A stretch of 64,000 nucleotides of DNA from Coniocarpon cinnabarinum (lineage: Eukaryota). Under the pieces are notes generated by a model. That model saw only the letters and a list, made by a program, of their open reading frames with translations. It was not told the origin of the DNA and did no database searches. The DNA lies in assembly GCA_051942205.1 (NCBI GenBank), contig JAVECO010000020.1, positions 1 to 64,000 on the forward strand, in the 5' to 3' direction. Positions 1 to 12,011 of this stretch are shown in pieces. The stretch's first letter is position 1. Each line of letters begins with the position of its first letter. Both the position numbers and the translations under genes were made by a program.

Positions 1-300
1 AAGCTTAATATTATCTTAAATCTTATTTAAGAGCTTTAATATAAAAAGCTTAAGCTTCTAAGGTTTACCTTAGTATAGTTCTAGATCTAGGATCTTAGAA
101 GTCTTTAGGGTCGTTTCTTAGGGTTTCTAAAGGTTCTAGAGAGCTTAAATTAGGTCTTAGATACCTAATAATAGCTGTTAAACTAGGACTTAGGCTAGGA
201 GTTACTAGGATTACTAGAGTATTTAAAAAACTTAACTTAAGTCTATTATAACTACGTACTAGAAGTTCTAAGGGTTATTTAACTAAGCGGCGGTCTACTA
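1..300 (-). pseudogene. RIP-degraded Gypsy gag remnant
   Basis: Minus strand at ~96-61 reads AAG ATC CTA GAT CTA GAA CTA TAC TAA GGT. Reverting CpA->TpA gives K-I-P-D-P-E-P-Y-Q-G, matching the PDPEP(F/Y)xG motif of fungal Gypsy Gag. Confidence 0.55.
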
Positions 301-350
301 GCTACTAGGAGGTAATTCTTAGTAAGAAGCTATCTTAATAGATACTTAAA

Positions 351-413
351 GGACTAGGACTAGGACTAGACTAGGACTAGACTAGGACTAGACTAGGACT
401 AGGACTAGGCTAG
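351..413. repeat. Tandem (G)GACTA repeat in the retroelement leader
   Basis: About 11 consecutive 5-6 nt units (ggacta/gacta) are directly visible. Confidence 0.85.
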
Positions 414-466
414 AGGTTAAGTAGTTTACGCTTGCTTAGAGTAGTAGAAGGGTAGATACAACGTAA

Positions 467-651
467 TATAAGGATTACGACCTAGAAGCTCTTATTGCTA
501 CCTAAGAACGGCCTAACTATAAAGAACGTTGTATAGAGAAGAAGGAAGCTTCTCTGTAACAAGTCTATCTTAAATGATTGTGTGCCAAGCCCTTAGGGTT
601 GCATACCCTATCGCATCACGTGATCCCTGCATCCAGATCTGAATTCTTACA
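467..651 (-). mobile_element. Probable 5' LTR (~185 bp) of a Ty3/Gypsy retrotransposon
   Basis: On the minus strand it begins TGTAAG (651) and ends CTTATA (467), the RIP product of CTTACA, giving TG...CA inverted termini. It is followed by a repeat-rich leader and a gag-like remnant. Confidence 0.65.
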
Positions 652-1487
652 AATAGTACTATATAAAAATATTCTAATAAATTAATAATAACTTTATAAT
701 ATTAAAGTTTTTATATAACTATATTTCTATATAAAATTTATTTAAAAAATTCTAAACTATAGCTATCTATTAGTAGTACCTGTCTAAAAATAATTCTATC
801 TTTTTAATTACTAACGTATAACTAATATAAAAATATTTTTAAATATATAAAGATCTATTATTTTAAATATAAATTATAGGTCTTATATATATACTATATT
901 TAATAAAGTTTATACTTAAATAATTTAATTTTTTAGATTTATTTAAACATTAAATTACTTTTTTAGTATTAGTATACTATTTAAAGCTAATACTTTTTAA
1001 AAATAAAAAGATTAAAAAACTACTTAAGTTAGTATACTAGTACTAAAAAAAAATTTTATAATTTAATAAACCTAAAAAAGTAAACTATTTTAGTATAAAC
1101 TTTATTATATATAATATATATAAAAGATTTATAATCTATATCTAAAAATATAAACTTTTATATACTAAAATATTTATAGTAATTTTATAATTTAATAATA
1201 TATTAGTAGTTAGATAGGTATAATTTTTATTAGATAGATACTACTTATAGACAGTTGTACTCTAACTATTAATAAGCTTTTATTTAAAGAATACTATAAA
1301 AGATAATAAACATTATCTCTAAGTTACTAGAGAGACGATTATTTAGAAGAATACGTTATAAGCTAAAAAATTAATTATACACTAAATAATTCGTATCCAA
1401 TAGCCTAAGGCACAACATTAGAAGACGAACTTAAAACTACTAACTAGTATTAGATGCGACAGTGTACTTATAACTCTTAGCAATCCT

Positions 1488-3212
1488 CTAAGCAACGACT
1501 TTCCAGCTCGTATCTCTTACGCAGCTTCCCTTAATGGCATACCGTCTCTGATCCAACATGTGCTTGACCGTCCAATGCATATTGGGCTCTGACTGCCTTA
1601 TCGCACGATGTCTGCCCATGTTGAATCCAGTGATTCTCTTCCATCCGTCATGATTGGGCGTAAGGATGTGGGTCTTGATGGGCCAGAATTCGAGTATCCA
1701 CCAGCCTCTTGCTTGAACCAGCTGGTCGTTGACGGGGGCTTGGGCGTCGAAAAAGTCCTCATTGGACTCAGAGAGGAACGCAAGGCGCTGATTGCCAGGT
1801 AATTCATCAGCGGCGTCTAGGTATTTAAAGGTGAGTAAAGCAGAACGGTCTTGCCGAGTCAGCTCATTCCCAGAGTCATGCCGCTCGATGAGCGAAGGTG
1901 GCGGGCCAAGGGCCGGCGCTACCGGCGGCTGGTAGATTGGCCACAGAGAATGAATGTCAAGACCTTGTTGAGCGAGGCTAGCAGTTTCAAAGACTATACC
2001 TGTGTTGCATTCAAAGCATTGTCGAAGCATCCAGCGGAGAGGTATGCGCGAGAGCATGTGTCGGGAACTATTTGGCACAGCACCGCCTCCGACGTCAGCA
2101 TGCGCGCCCATGAACCAGACTTCAAGAACATCGGAATCCTCTTGTTTATGCTCTGGACTAGTCGCCTCCCGGGCCTCAAATTGTGCCGCAAGCTTTTTCT
2201 GGCTATTCCTGGTCTCGTCAGAATCAGCTATTCCATTGACTTTTGTACCGTTCTGGTCTGTTTGTCGACTGCTAGGACTGTCTGGCGAAGGATTTGCACC
2301 GTCCATGGCTGCGACTTGTTGGTCTGCTTGACGCCTGTTGGCGTAGGTCTTCCACAGCACGCGAAAACAGGTCAGGACTTTGTGAAGCCTACTCTCATTA
2401 CGTTGCACCGGCACTTTGAGAAGATCTTCGCCTGAAGTATCGGTCTGCCATTGGCAGACTCCAAACTTTGCTCTATGTTCATCGAGCGCCATAGCATGCC
2501 GGAAATAGCTTATGGCATTGGTTGGCGACTTGCTAAAGGGCAGCGTGCGCGGGATGAACCCAACACTGGAGACCGAATCCCAGACGCCCACGAAATAGAC
2601 ACTGACGTCGGTGCAGAAAGTGTCTTTGAACTCGGCGCTCATCTTCCACCCCTCAGGCGTGTCATCCTTATAGAAGTTGTACGCAAAGTTGACCTGGCTG
2701 CCATTGCCAGCCGGAAGCAGACCCACTTTATGGATAAATCCGGCTAGACATCGAACAGTATAGGCGCCACGAGAAAATCCCAGCAGACATATTCTGTCGC
2801 CATCATGGTAATTCTGCATTAGAAATCTGTACGCGTCCTTGATGTGGACGCCCAGGCCGCTGCCAACTGCCATATCCATTGCGGCTTTTATGCCGTTCGT
2901 GAGGCCCCCCGCGTCGTAAGTACCAATGCCCGACTGATAATACACCATCTGCCGCGCGGACTGGTGTTTTTTCAAACAGGATACGAAATGAACCACGTTG
3001 CTGTTGTCATTGTCGAACTTGTCTCCGGTGCCATCGAGACAGACTACAATAGTCCGGCCAGGGACATCGTAACTCTGGGCGTCTTTGACAGCGCGGAGAG
3101 ACGCGGGGAGTGTCTTTCTCTGATTCGCTGTCAAAGACCTCGGCTGGCTGGTGTTGGCACTATATTCCGCAGACTGGATGGGATACGAACTAGCTCTTTG
3201 CAAATTCGACAT
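1488..3212 (-). CDS. DUF2235 (Tle1-like phospholipase / alpha-beta hydrolase) protein, YEL023C-like
   Basis: Motifs CLDGT...NSNV, YYQSGIGT, GFSRGA (lipase GxSxG), VGVWDSV, HAMALDEHR and EVWFMGAHADVGGG. First ATG at 3212. Confidence 0.9.
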   Translation of the reverse strand: MSNLQRASSYPIQSAEYSANTSQPRSLTANQRKTLPASLRAVKDAQSYDVPGRTIVVCLDGTGDKFDNDNSNVVHFVSCLKKHQSARQMVYYQSGIGTYDAGGLTNGIKAAMDMAVGSGLGVHIKDAYRFLMQNYHDGDRICLLGFSRGAYTVRCLAGFIHKVGLLPAGNGSQVNFAYNFYKDDTPEGWKMSAEFKDTFCTDVSVYFVGVWDSVSSVGFIPRTLPFSKSPTNAISYFRHAMALDEHRAKFGVCQWQTDTSGEDLLKVPVQRNESRLHKVLTCFRVLWKTYANRRQADQQVAAMDGANPSPDSPSSRQTDQNGTKVNGIADSDETRNSQKKLAAQFEAREATSPEHKQEDSDVLEVWFMGAHADVGGGAVPNSSRHMLSRIPLRWMLRQCFECNTGIVFETASLAQQGLDIHSLWPIYQPPVAPALGPPPSLIERHDSGNELTRQDRSALLTFKYLDAADELPGNQRLAFLSESNEDFFDAQAPVNDQLVQARGWWILEFWPIKTHILTPNHDGWKRITGFNMGRHRAIRQSEPNMHWTVKHMLDQRRYAIKGSCVRDTSWKVVA

Positions 3213-4438
3213 CGTGGTCACAGCTACGACGCAACCTCGCCCAACTTTTGTGACCGACCTGATGATAAGGCGAAAAGGAAGAGGGACACAAACTCACAGT
3301 AAAAACGAAGGAACATTGCACGTCAGTCGGGACAGCGGGGAAACGCGACTTTACTTTTCTCGGATGACGTGGACAGAATGGTCTTGCGTCGCATTGGAGC
3401 AGCACCATTCGGTTTGACATCTGGACCAAATGCCGGGGACACGTATATGCAGATCCAAAATTCTTGAGCTACTCTGCTCTGAGGCTGCCATTTGATATCA
3501 GGCGCGATCGACATGGGCGTGTCACTTCGGAGAACAATATTTCCCGATCGAGATGCAAAGCAACGTGTCTCATTGAGTCGTGCACGGTTGATCCCGAGGA
3601 GGTTGTGCAGCTCACAGTTCTTGCGCATCATGGAGCTGCAAGATCTTGTCAATCCACCGTAGCAACCAAAGTATGCAGTGGAGAAGGAGTCCTTAAAGAA
3701 AACGGCAGGTAAACTAATGCTGAGGCTGGCTGATCGCGTTGAGACCAATCCCATGACGGTCGAGATTGCTGGTCTAGCGGCTTTTCGGCCAACGGGTCGA
3801 CGGGCCGCGACGGGACCAAGAAAGCAACCGGCCAATCGAGCCATCCCTACCCGTTTTGCGCTTCGCCTACTATGGCACGCTAGAGACCCACCCGCATTAC
3901 GCAGTCTCATCCATTTGCTCGCCTCTCGTGTACAGCATCTTCACCAAGCAACCGCCACCACAGGTCGAGGCCACCAGTACCCTACCAGAAACGACATGTT
4001 TAAAGTCGCAGCGTACTGCAAGCGGGGTCGCTGGTTGTGTTACCAACGATTATGTGGTGGCTTATTCGATGTTCAATTTGATTTGTTGCTCATGGCGTCG
4101 CCATGCATTTCCATATCCAATGAGGCCCTTTCACCATCAAGGTCTGATCAGATTTGAAATCAACAGAACGAAGTACGCACAAAGCATGCTGTGACCCCGC
4201 GTTTGTCCAATCGAACCCAGTGGCCGTGACCAGCGGTCGGCTTTCATCCCCCTGTTCCTCTGCTCATCATGTTTCTAAGATTGACCGTTTGCACGGCTAG
4301 CGGTGCGGGGATCATGAGGGCTGTTTTGCTAGGTAGCAGCTCAATGTCCCCATCCCCTTCATCTGCCGCATCCTCTCCAGAGCACTGTCATATCTTTATC
4401 CATCTCACCACAATTCATCTTGTCCTCATCGCAGCAAG

Positions 4439-7400
4439 ATGGCGGCCCAAATAAGGTCGCTCGTAAGCGCCATCAGCAGACAGCCATCCAAGACGTCCGA
4501 TGGACGACCGGACGAGCCTGTCAATGACGACAAAACTGGAGTCTTGCATGACTTGCTGCATCTTGGAGGCAAGAACATAGAAACAATTGTCGGTGCCCTA
4601 CCAGAGATTGCATCAGGTGAGCCCATGGATGACAAGAAGCTATTGCTCGAACATGGCGTTGCTATGCTTCAAGGACTGCCTCCAAACAGTGGCCTTGGCG
4701 CAAAGGTATCTGATCAGTTCATCTCCATGTTGTGGCAGGATCTTCCCCATCCCGCCCCTACACTAGCTGGTCCAACGACTACACGTCGGAGACATGACGG
4801 TGGTAACAACAATCCATGGGATCCTGAAATGGGCAAGGCCGGGTCTCAGTATGCCAGGAACGTGCCCCCTGTGAAGCCCAAAGGACCAAATTTGCCAGAT
4901 GTCGAGGCCGTTTACGACGCTCTTCTCAAGCGCAACGGCCCATTTCGCAAGCATCCATCTGGTTTGAATCGTCTTTTCTTCTCTTTTGCAACGGTTGTCA
5001 TCCATGAGTGTTTTCAAACCAATCGAACAAATCCCTGGGTCAATGATACATCCAGTTACGTCGACCTGAGTACCCTCTACGGAAACACAGAAGTCGAGCA
5101 AAAACGGGTGCGAGCTTACCATGATGGTAGGATCTACCCAGACTCTATCGCATCAGAGAGGATTATGATGATGCCGCCAGGTGTTATTGCTGTTCTGCTG
5201 ATGTTCTCAAGGAACCACAACCACATTGCCGAAGGTCTGTTGTCCGTGAACGAGCAAGACAAATACAAGCCCTGGGACAAGCTGGATGATCAAGGCAAGA
5301 AGGAGTGAGTCGATGCATAGATCATGTTTCGATTTACCATCCGCTGAAATTTGGCCCACAGGCAGGATGAGGATATCTTCCAGCTCGCGCGAAACATCAA
5401 TGTCGGCTTCTTCGCGTCCGTTGTTCTGAAGGACTACGTTGCAGCTATTCTCAACACTCCACGAGCCAATTCAGAGTGGTCGCTAAACCTCGGCAAAGAG
5501 ATCAAGAGTGGTGCGAGCCGCGTCGAGCGCGGCACTGGAAACGTTGTCTCTGTCGAGTTTGCTGTGCTCTACCACTGGCACGCTGCACTGAGCGCAGCCG
5601 ATGATAAATGGATGCAAGAAGTGCTGACGGAAACCTTCCCTGATCTGGGACCTGCGGATGACGTGACGCCCGATATGTTTGGAAAACTCATGGAAACTCA
5701 TGGTGTCAAGCTGATGACAACTCCAGCCCGGGAATGGACGTTCGGAGGTCTGCAGCGGCAGGCTGATGGAACCTTCAAGGACAGCGAGCTCGCGGAGGTC
5801 ATCAAAGGCTGTATCGAGGAGCCCGCACATGAGTTCGGAGCACATGGTACGCCAGCCAGCCTGAAGATAGTGGATATCCTGGGTCAGCTTCAAGCCAGGA
5901 ATCAATTCAACGTCTGCACATTAAACGAGTAAGCACCCCTCGCCTCATGCGTTTTGAGTAGAACAGGAAACTGACCGCTTGGCAAAGGTTCCGCCGATAC
6001 CTGAACTTGAAAGAGTACGATACTTTCGAAGAGTGGAACCCAGACAAAGAAACCGCAAGGGCTGCTAAGCTCCTCTATGGATCAATCAACAATCTCGAAT
6101 TGTACCCCGGTCTTTTGGCGGAGACGACCAAGCCCGCCATGCCAGGGAGCGGTGTATGCCCTGGACAAACGACAGGGCGAGGCATTCTAGACGATGCTGT
6201 CGCATTGGTGCGCGGCGATCGCTTCCTCAGTTATGACTTCAACAGCAACACGTTGACCAATTGGGGAGCTGGGAAACTTGCTGACGTACTACCTGGGTCC
6301 TATGGCGGCATGCTGCCAACTCTACTCTTCGGCGGGTTGCCATATGCGTTCACTGGGACGTCACCATATGCCCTTCTTCCATTCTACACGCCTGAGGCTG
6401 CCAAAGAAATCCTCAAGGGCAACAAGGCGCTTGACAAGTACGATCTGAACAGGCCTGCGAGCGACCGAAGGATTATCAGCATCCAGACACAGGAGGGTTG
6501 CAAGAAGGTATTCGAAGACCGGGACACCTTCAGAGTCATGTACCAAGCCGCCATCCGTAATTGTACCGACGGGCACGACTTCATGATCGGCTGGGACGAC
6601 GCAAAACGCCACAATGAGAGATCGGACATGCTTCACAGAGCCTTTTTCGAAGACGGCTTCGAGAAGAACGTCTCTGACTTCTTCAGCACAAACGTCAAGA
6701 AACTCATCCAAGACAATTCGCTGTCCTTCTCCAAAGGCCGCAAAACCATCAATATCGTCCGCGACGTCACCAACATCAGTCCAATCCTCTGGCTTGCGGA
6801 TCGCCTCGCCCTGCCCCTTAAGACCCCTGCTCACCCTCACGGCATCCTCAGCATCTACGAAGCGTTCACCGCCTACCTCGTGCTCTTCATGTACCAATCT
6901 TTCAACATCATCCCTGAGAACGAGTTCCTCCTCCGCTCAGGCGCAATGCAAGCCGCTGCGCCTCTACGCGAGATTTTCACCGCCCACCTCTCCACTCAAA
7001 CAGGCGGCATTCGCGAAGCACTTACAGACTGGCTTGCCAAAGACTCCGCGTACGAGGTCTCTCCCAACGCCGACCGTTTTTATCACAGCCTCCGCTCGTC
7101 AGCGCTTCCCATTGGCGACCTAGTGGGCGATTGTATCGGAGTAAGCGCCCCCGTAGCCGGCAACATCACTCAGCAGGCGTCTTTGCTTATCGACCTATTC
7201 CTCTCGCCAGCGTACGCATCCGAGAAGGATCGTATCGTCGAGCTTGCGAACATGCCTGCGGAAGAATCAGAACGCGAACTCCAGGGTTTTGTTTACGAGG
7301 GCATGCGACACGCCGGCGTCGTGCCAGGCCTTCCTCGCGTCGCCGCCCAGGATACGACAGTTGTTGATGGTGCACGGGGAGACGTTCATGTGTCCGCTGG

Positions 7401-7737
7401 CGACACGGTACTAGTGGCGACGAGCAAGGCGGCCATGGATCCCACGGGGTTCCCGGAGCCGGAGAAGCTGAACCCCATGAGGGATTTCAAGGATTATACG
7501 TTATTAGGATATGGGCTGCATTATTGTTTTGGGGCTAGGCTGGTGGGATCGAGTTTGGCGGCGACGTTGAGGGAGGTGTTCAAGTTGAAGGGGATTCGGA
7601 GGGCGAGAGGACGGCAAGGAGAGTTTACAGTGGTGGAGAGGGAGATTGATGGCGTGGTGATGCGGAGTTATGTGGATGAGGACGCGAAGGAAAGCCCGAT
7701 TCCGACAAGCTTATGTCTGGAGTATGATGCAGAATGA
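4439..7737 (+). CDS. Heme peroxidase/fatty-acid dioxygenase - cytochrome P450 fusion (Ppo / linoleate diol synthase-like)
   Basis: Three exons; introns 5305-5361 and 5929-5987 restore the frame (KEQDEDIF, NEFRRYL). DOX motifs IHECFQT, SSYVDLSTLYG, EFAVLYHWH, LELYPGL and LVRGDRF. CYP motifs EGMR and GYGLHYCFG. Confidence 0.92.
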
Positions 7738-9416
7738 GTTGGAAAGATGGTGAGGAGCAGGCCCAGGTTAGGTGATGCGTAACTGAGAATGGGAACATAG
7801 GTTAGCTGTAGCGTTGTTAGTGAGGAGAGGAACTTGGATTGAGGATAGTCCGCCATGTCAGGTCGTTCCCGTTGCAATCTCGGAGCGTACAACTGACTCT
7901 GTTATGTACTGCTTTGGTTTGGTTCCGAGTCGCTTTACCTACTCGCAACGCGCAACGCGAGCTTCCGAACCAGAAAGACTGATATGCATGCTTCGTTCCT
8001 AGCGATTAGAAAAACGCGGTGGTTTCAAGCTTATCGAGCAATGCCATGAGATTGTGCAGCCAGTCGAATGGTGTATCCATCCCTTTACAATGGTGACCTT
8101 CGTCTGCCAAATCGTTCACGCGTCGGTACGCGCAAAACCCTAAAGCGGTGTAGCTTGCAGATTGGACAGGCTCTGGAAAGTAACTCCGCGTCATTTGCGA
8201 CTAGCTGGAAGTCTTCCGTGAGGGGCTTCAGTCTGTTCTTTTAGAATACAGCCAATTCTATTGCTCTTGCGCTGTCAGCTATTCTGTGCGTGAAATAACT
8301 TGACTCTGAACGAATTTCCGCGGACAGACACCCACAACCGTTGTATTAACAGCAGGCACACAGGCCTCACTTGAGCACGGACTGCAGACTCAAGCTATGG
8401 CCATGTTGTTACAGTGTGACCCAATGCGAGCGGCGGCAATGCTGGAGGATGTCGCAGGCGAAAAGCATACATCTTGGTCTCTAGAGCGTCGGTCAGCATT
8501 GAAGGCGGCATTCATCTGTGGCTGTCAAAAGCGGTCCATCCACTGGGTGTAGTAATTGCAGAGTGGCCCTCCAGCAGTTGTGCGAGATATCAGGCTGCGT
8601 CCCCTGAAGTACATCAACCTAAGCTGACTAGTGTGTCATCTGATGTCATCCAATCGCTGCAGTGAGTCAGGTAAAGGCTGCGTGCACATTGCTGAGAATT
8701 TGATACTTTTGTCACGTTCGCCGCTACGGGTCACAGCCATCAAGGCAGAGAGCACGTCGCTTCTTGGAAATGGCTCTCAGATTGTTACCTTGGCGAACCA
8801 TTTTCGCAGCGAGTCACATTTCCTGCAGCGCTTGACCAGAACGCGCTTCACCATAACGTCCATCAACAGTAGACCAGGGCATGCAAAGTGTCACTTGCGA
8901 GACAAATGTACCAAGGGTTGCCTGACCCACCGCAGCTACAGTACTAGCCGGAACGATGATAGGTGAAGTGCGAGGGCAGTTGAGCTCTTTCACCGTCACC
9001 CTTGATAAATTGATACGCCTGACGCAGGGAATGAATATTTTCTATACAGCATTGGCAACAGTGCGAGCCAATCCAATTTAATTTTTCTCTGACGCTAAAA
9101 AGCATTTGTGTCGGGCGTCTTGGCCCCAATGGACGTTAGATTTAGAATGTCTGCGGTTTCATGGACTGCAACCTTTTGCCTGGCCCCAGTGCAAGGCTCT
9201 GGACTATCCCCAAAAGCACAACAATCCGGCGCCGTCTTCCCGCAGCGGTTCGTGTAGGCTGCTAGTATAATTACCCACAAGGCTGTGCTCCATCAACCGA
9301 AGTGCTCACGTTCGCTCCTGGCCTCGTCTTCCTCCAGTCAGTGCCTACTAACGCCGGCGTTTCTGTGGATTCAAGAGACATACCTTTGAACCTGCTGGCT
9401 CACATTATCCGCAGCC

Positions 9417-10229
9417 ATGTCCGGTTGCTTTCATCCAGACGGTTCACCAGTCGACAACATTGAGTTCGCAGTGTGTCCGCTCCAGGATGGGCACGAATAC
9501 GGCATGTGTTGTTCCATAGAGAACCGTGCGAGCATCGACTATTGCCAGAGGGACGCGTTTGGGAATTACACAGGTCTCTGCATGGGAGGACTGAATGCAC
9601 AGCTTTATCGCAATAGTTGCTCTGACCCAGCCTGGGGGCCGGACTGTCTGAAACTGTGCATCAACGGATCTGGCAAGTTCGAAAATGGAAGCATGGCATC
9701 GGGTGATTGGCCGATAACCGCTTGTGGAGATGGCACATACTGCTGTGGGCAAGGTGCAAATGGAACAACCTGCTGTCAGCAGCAAGATGGCTATTACATT
9801 GTCAATGTTAGTCTTGCCGTCACCCTTCATTGAATGTCGTTACTAACTGGATCTCTGCAGAATACCGGAGTGAAGAACAAGCCGAGCACACTGACACCAA
9901 CCGATCTGAACACATCACCGCTCTCATCGTCATCGTCGGATCAAGCCAGTCGAACATCAAGCTCAACAACTAAAGCAGGACCCATCGTTGGTGGCGTCAT
10001 TGGTGGTCTCGTCCTCGGCGCCCTTTTAGCAGCTGTTGCATTCTTTTTCTATCTCAGGACCTTCAAGAAAAAGCATCCCGTACACGCACCCTCACAAGCT
10101 ACTTACTACGCTGATCAAAAGGTTGGGATACCTGATTTTCAGTATAACGGCACTGCGAACAACGGACCTGTCGAAGCTCCCAATCACCAGCGGCCCTCTG
10201 AACTCCCAGGCCAGGATGAGACGAAATGA
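9417..10229 (+). CDS. Single-pass membrane protein with Cys-rich ectodomain, Ser/Thr stalk and Mid2-like TM segment
   Basis: Cys-rich exon (CFHPDG..CC..RNSCSDPAW..C..YCCG), intron ~9807-9860, S/T-rich linker, IVGGVIGGLVLGALLAAVAFFFY TM, basic stop-transfer and EAP/ELP tail motifs. Confidence 0.75.
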
Positions 10230-10707
10230 CAATGTTGAAATCAGTGAGCATCATCAAAAGCTACGACCATGACGGTGTTGATGCAGTATAATTGACGCTA
10301 GTTGGATCGCTTTTCGGGAGTTGTGAGGAAGCGCATTGTTGTCAAGCATTTCGACGACGAATTTGCCCCTAAAATGATCCGCAGCGCGTGAATATATGTA
10401 GTTTCATAATTCTAGTCCTGACAAAGTCGGATGCAATCAGGGAGACACGCCAAGATTGTCATGTGACGTCACTATCAATGGATGCATCCATGGCCAGCAC
10501 TCACGCCTTGGTACTTGAGAACACGCCTGTGGTTGCATTAATTAGGTGCCTACTCATTGTTGATATATGCCTGTAATATCTCTGGCCATCTTACCACAAT
10601 TCGCTGTCGCAAGCCGAGTCTTACGCCCTCATTGTCCACCACACTGTCAAGTGTTTCCCAAAAGTCCTGTAACACACTCGTTCAGATCCCCGGTCTCAGC
10701 GCGCGAC

Positions 10708-11646
10708 ATGGCTTCTGCAGCAAAGGCAATGGAGCAACGTCTTAGCGGCAAGACCATCTTAATCACTGGTGCAAGCTCTGGGATTGGGCGATCGACTGCA
10801 TTGGAATTTGCACGCACCGCGCCCGCTAATCTGAGACTCGTCCTGACCGCGCGTCGACTAGAGTCTCTGCAAGAGCTTTCAAAGCAGATTGAACAAGAGA
10901 TAGGCAATGGCGTGAGGGTACTTCCCGTAAGAATGGATGTGAGCAAGATCGAAGAGGTGCAGAGCTTCGTTGCAAAGCTGCCACCAGAATTTGCGGAGAT
11001 CGACTGCCTGGTCAACAATGCTGGGTTGGTCAAGGGTGTGGACAGAGCGCCAGATATTCAACAGACAGATATTCAAACAATGATCGACACCAACGTTACA
11101 GGTTTGATTGGGATGACGCAGGCTGTGCTGCCCATATTCAAGAGACGACCGGAAGGCGGGGCAGGAGATATCATCAACATTGGAAGCATTGCAGGGAGGG
11201 AAGGTTATCCTGGCGGGAGTATTTACTGTGCAACAAAAGCAGCTGTACGAACATTCACTGAGGCCCTGAGGAAGGAGCTCTTTGCCACCAGAATCCGAGT
11301 GATGGGAATTGACCCCGGTCAAGTGGAGTCGGAGTTCAGCTTGGTACGATTCGGAGGAGACCAGGCAAAGGCGGATGCTGTCTATGCGTGAGTAGCAGCG
11401 AGTCTGGACACGCGTTCGATCGTGGATGCTGATCGAGTTCCCTTTTTTAGCGGCCAGGAGCCACTCACCCCTGACGATATCGCAGAGATCATTGTCTTCA
11501 TGGCTGGCCGGAGGCAGAACGTCGTAATGGCTGACGCGTTGGTCTTTCCAAGCCATCAAGTAAGTGTTTCGCGTCTTCGGCCGCACAGAAATCTGAACTG
11601 ATCTTGCTTCTAGGGCGCAGCGCAAATGCTACACAAAAAGTCATAA
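10708..11646 (+). CDS. Short-chain dehydrogenase, NADP-dependent 3-hydroxy-acid dehydrogenase (YdfG/YMR226C-like)
   Basis: Motifs TGASSGIG, NNAG and YCATK. Introns at ~11388-11450 and ~11560-11613. Confidence 0.88.
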
Positions 11647-12011
11647 TTACCTACTCGTTTCGCGCCGGACCTACGAACCTAACTCTTATCTAAGATCTGT
11701 GACCAACTCAAAGATCTAAATCCATCGTCACCTCTCGCGAGAATGGTCCTCCTTCTCATTTTGCCGTGACCGCTTAGCGTTTCCAGACATCCGGCGTCGC
11801 TGAAAAACATGTGTTCTGAGAATCGGCATCCTTGGCGAGATACTTGTGCATGCATCCAAGGGGAAATGAGCTCGCGCAATTCAAACGGGCCAACCCATTG
11901 GGCTCATCACCCTGCCAAGCCTAAACCTGTTTCAGTAGGTCTGGAAGCTTCTTCGCCTTGGAGTGCATCACCTGTGCTGTTTCGCAATATCGATCAAAGA
12001 TTCGACTGGGC

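Larger units (their letters stand above)
1..1480. mobile_element. AT-rich, RIP-mutated transposon block (nested repeats)
   Basis: Very high AT, strong TpA excess and CpA/TpG depletion, no intact ORFs. Composition switches abruptly to ~50% GC at about 1485. Confidence 0.9.

Noticed and set aside
351..413. GGACTA tandem repeat as a telomeric or CRISPR-like array
   Set aside because: It is not TTAGGG and has no spacers. It lies in the leader of a RIPed retroelement.
3323..4194. Several 110-195 aa ORFs between the DUF2235 and DOX-CYP genes
   Set aside because: Mostly non-ATG starts, no recognisable motifs, and located in a divergent promoter region. Likely chance ORFs.
7738..9416. 1.7-kb intergenic region checked for ncRNA or small secreted protein genes
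   Set aside because: No tRNA or snoRNA boxes, repeats or convincing ORFs found by eye.
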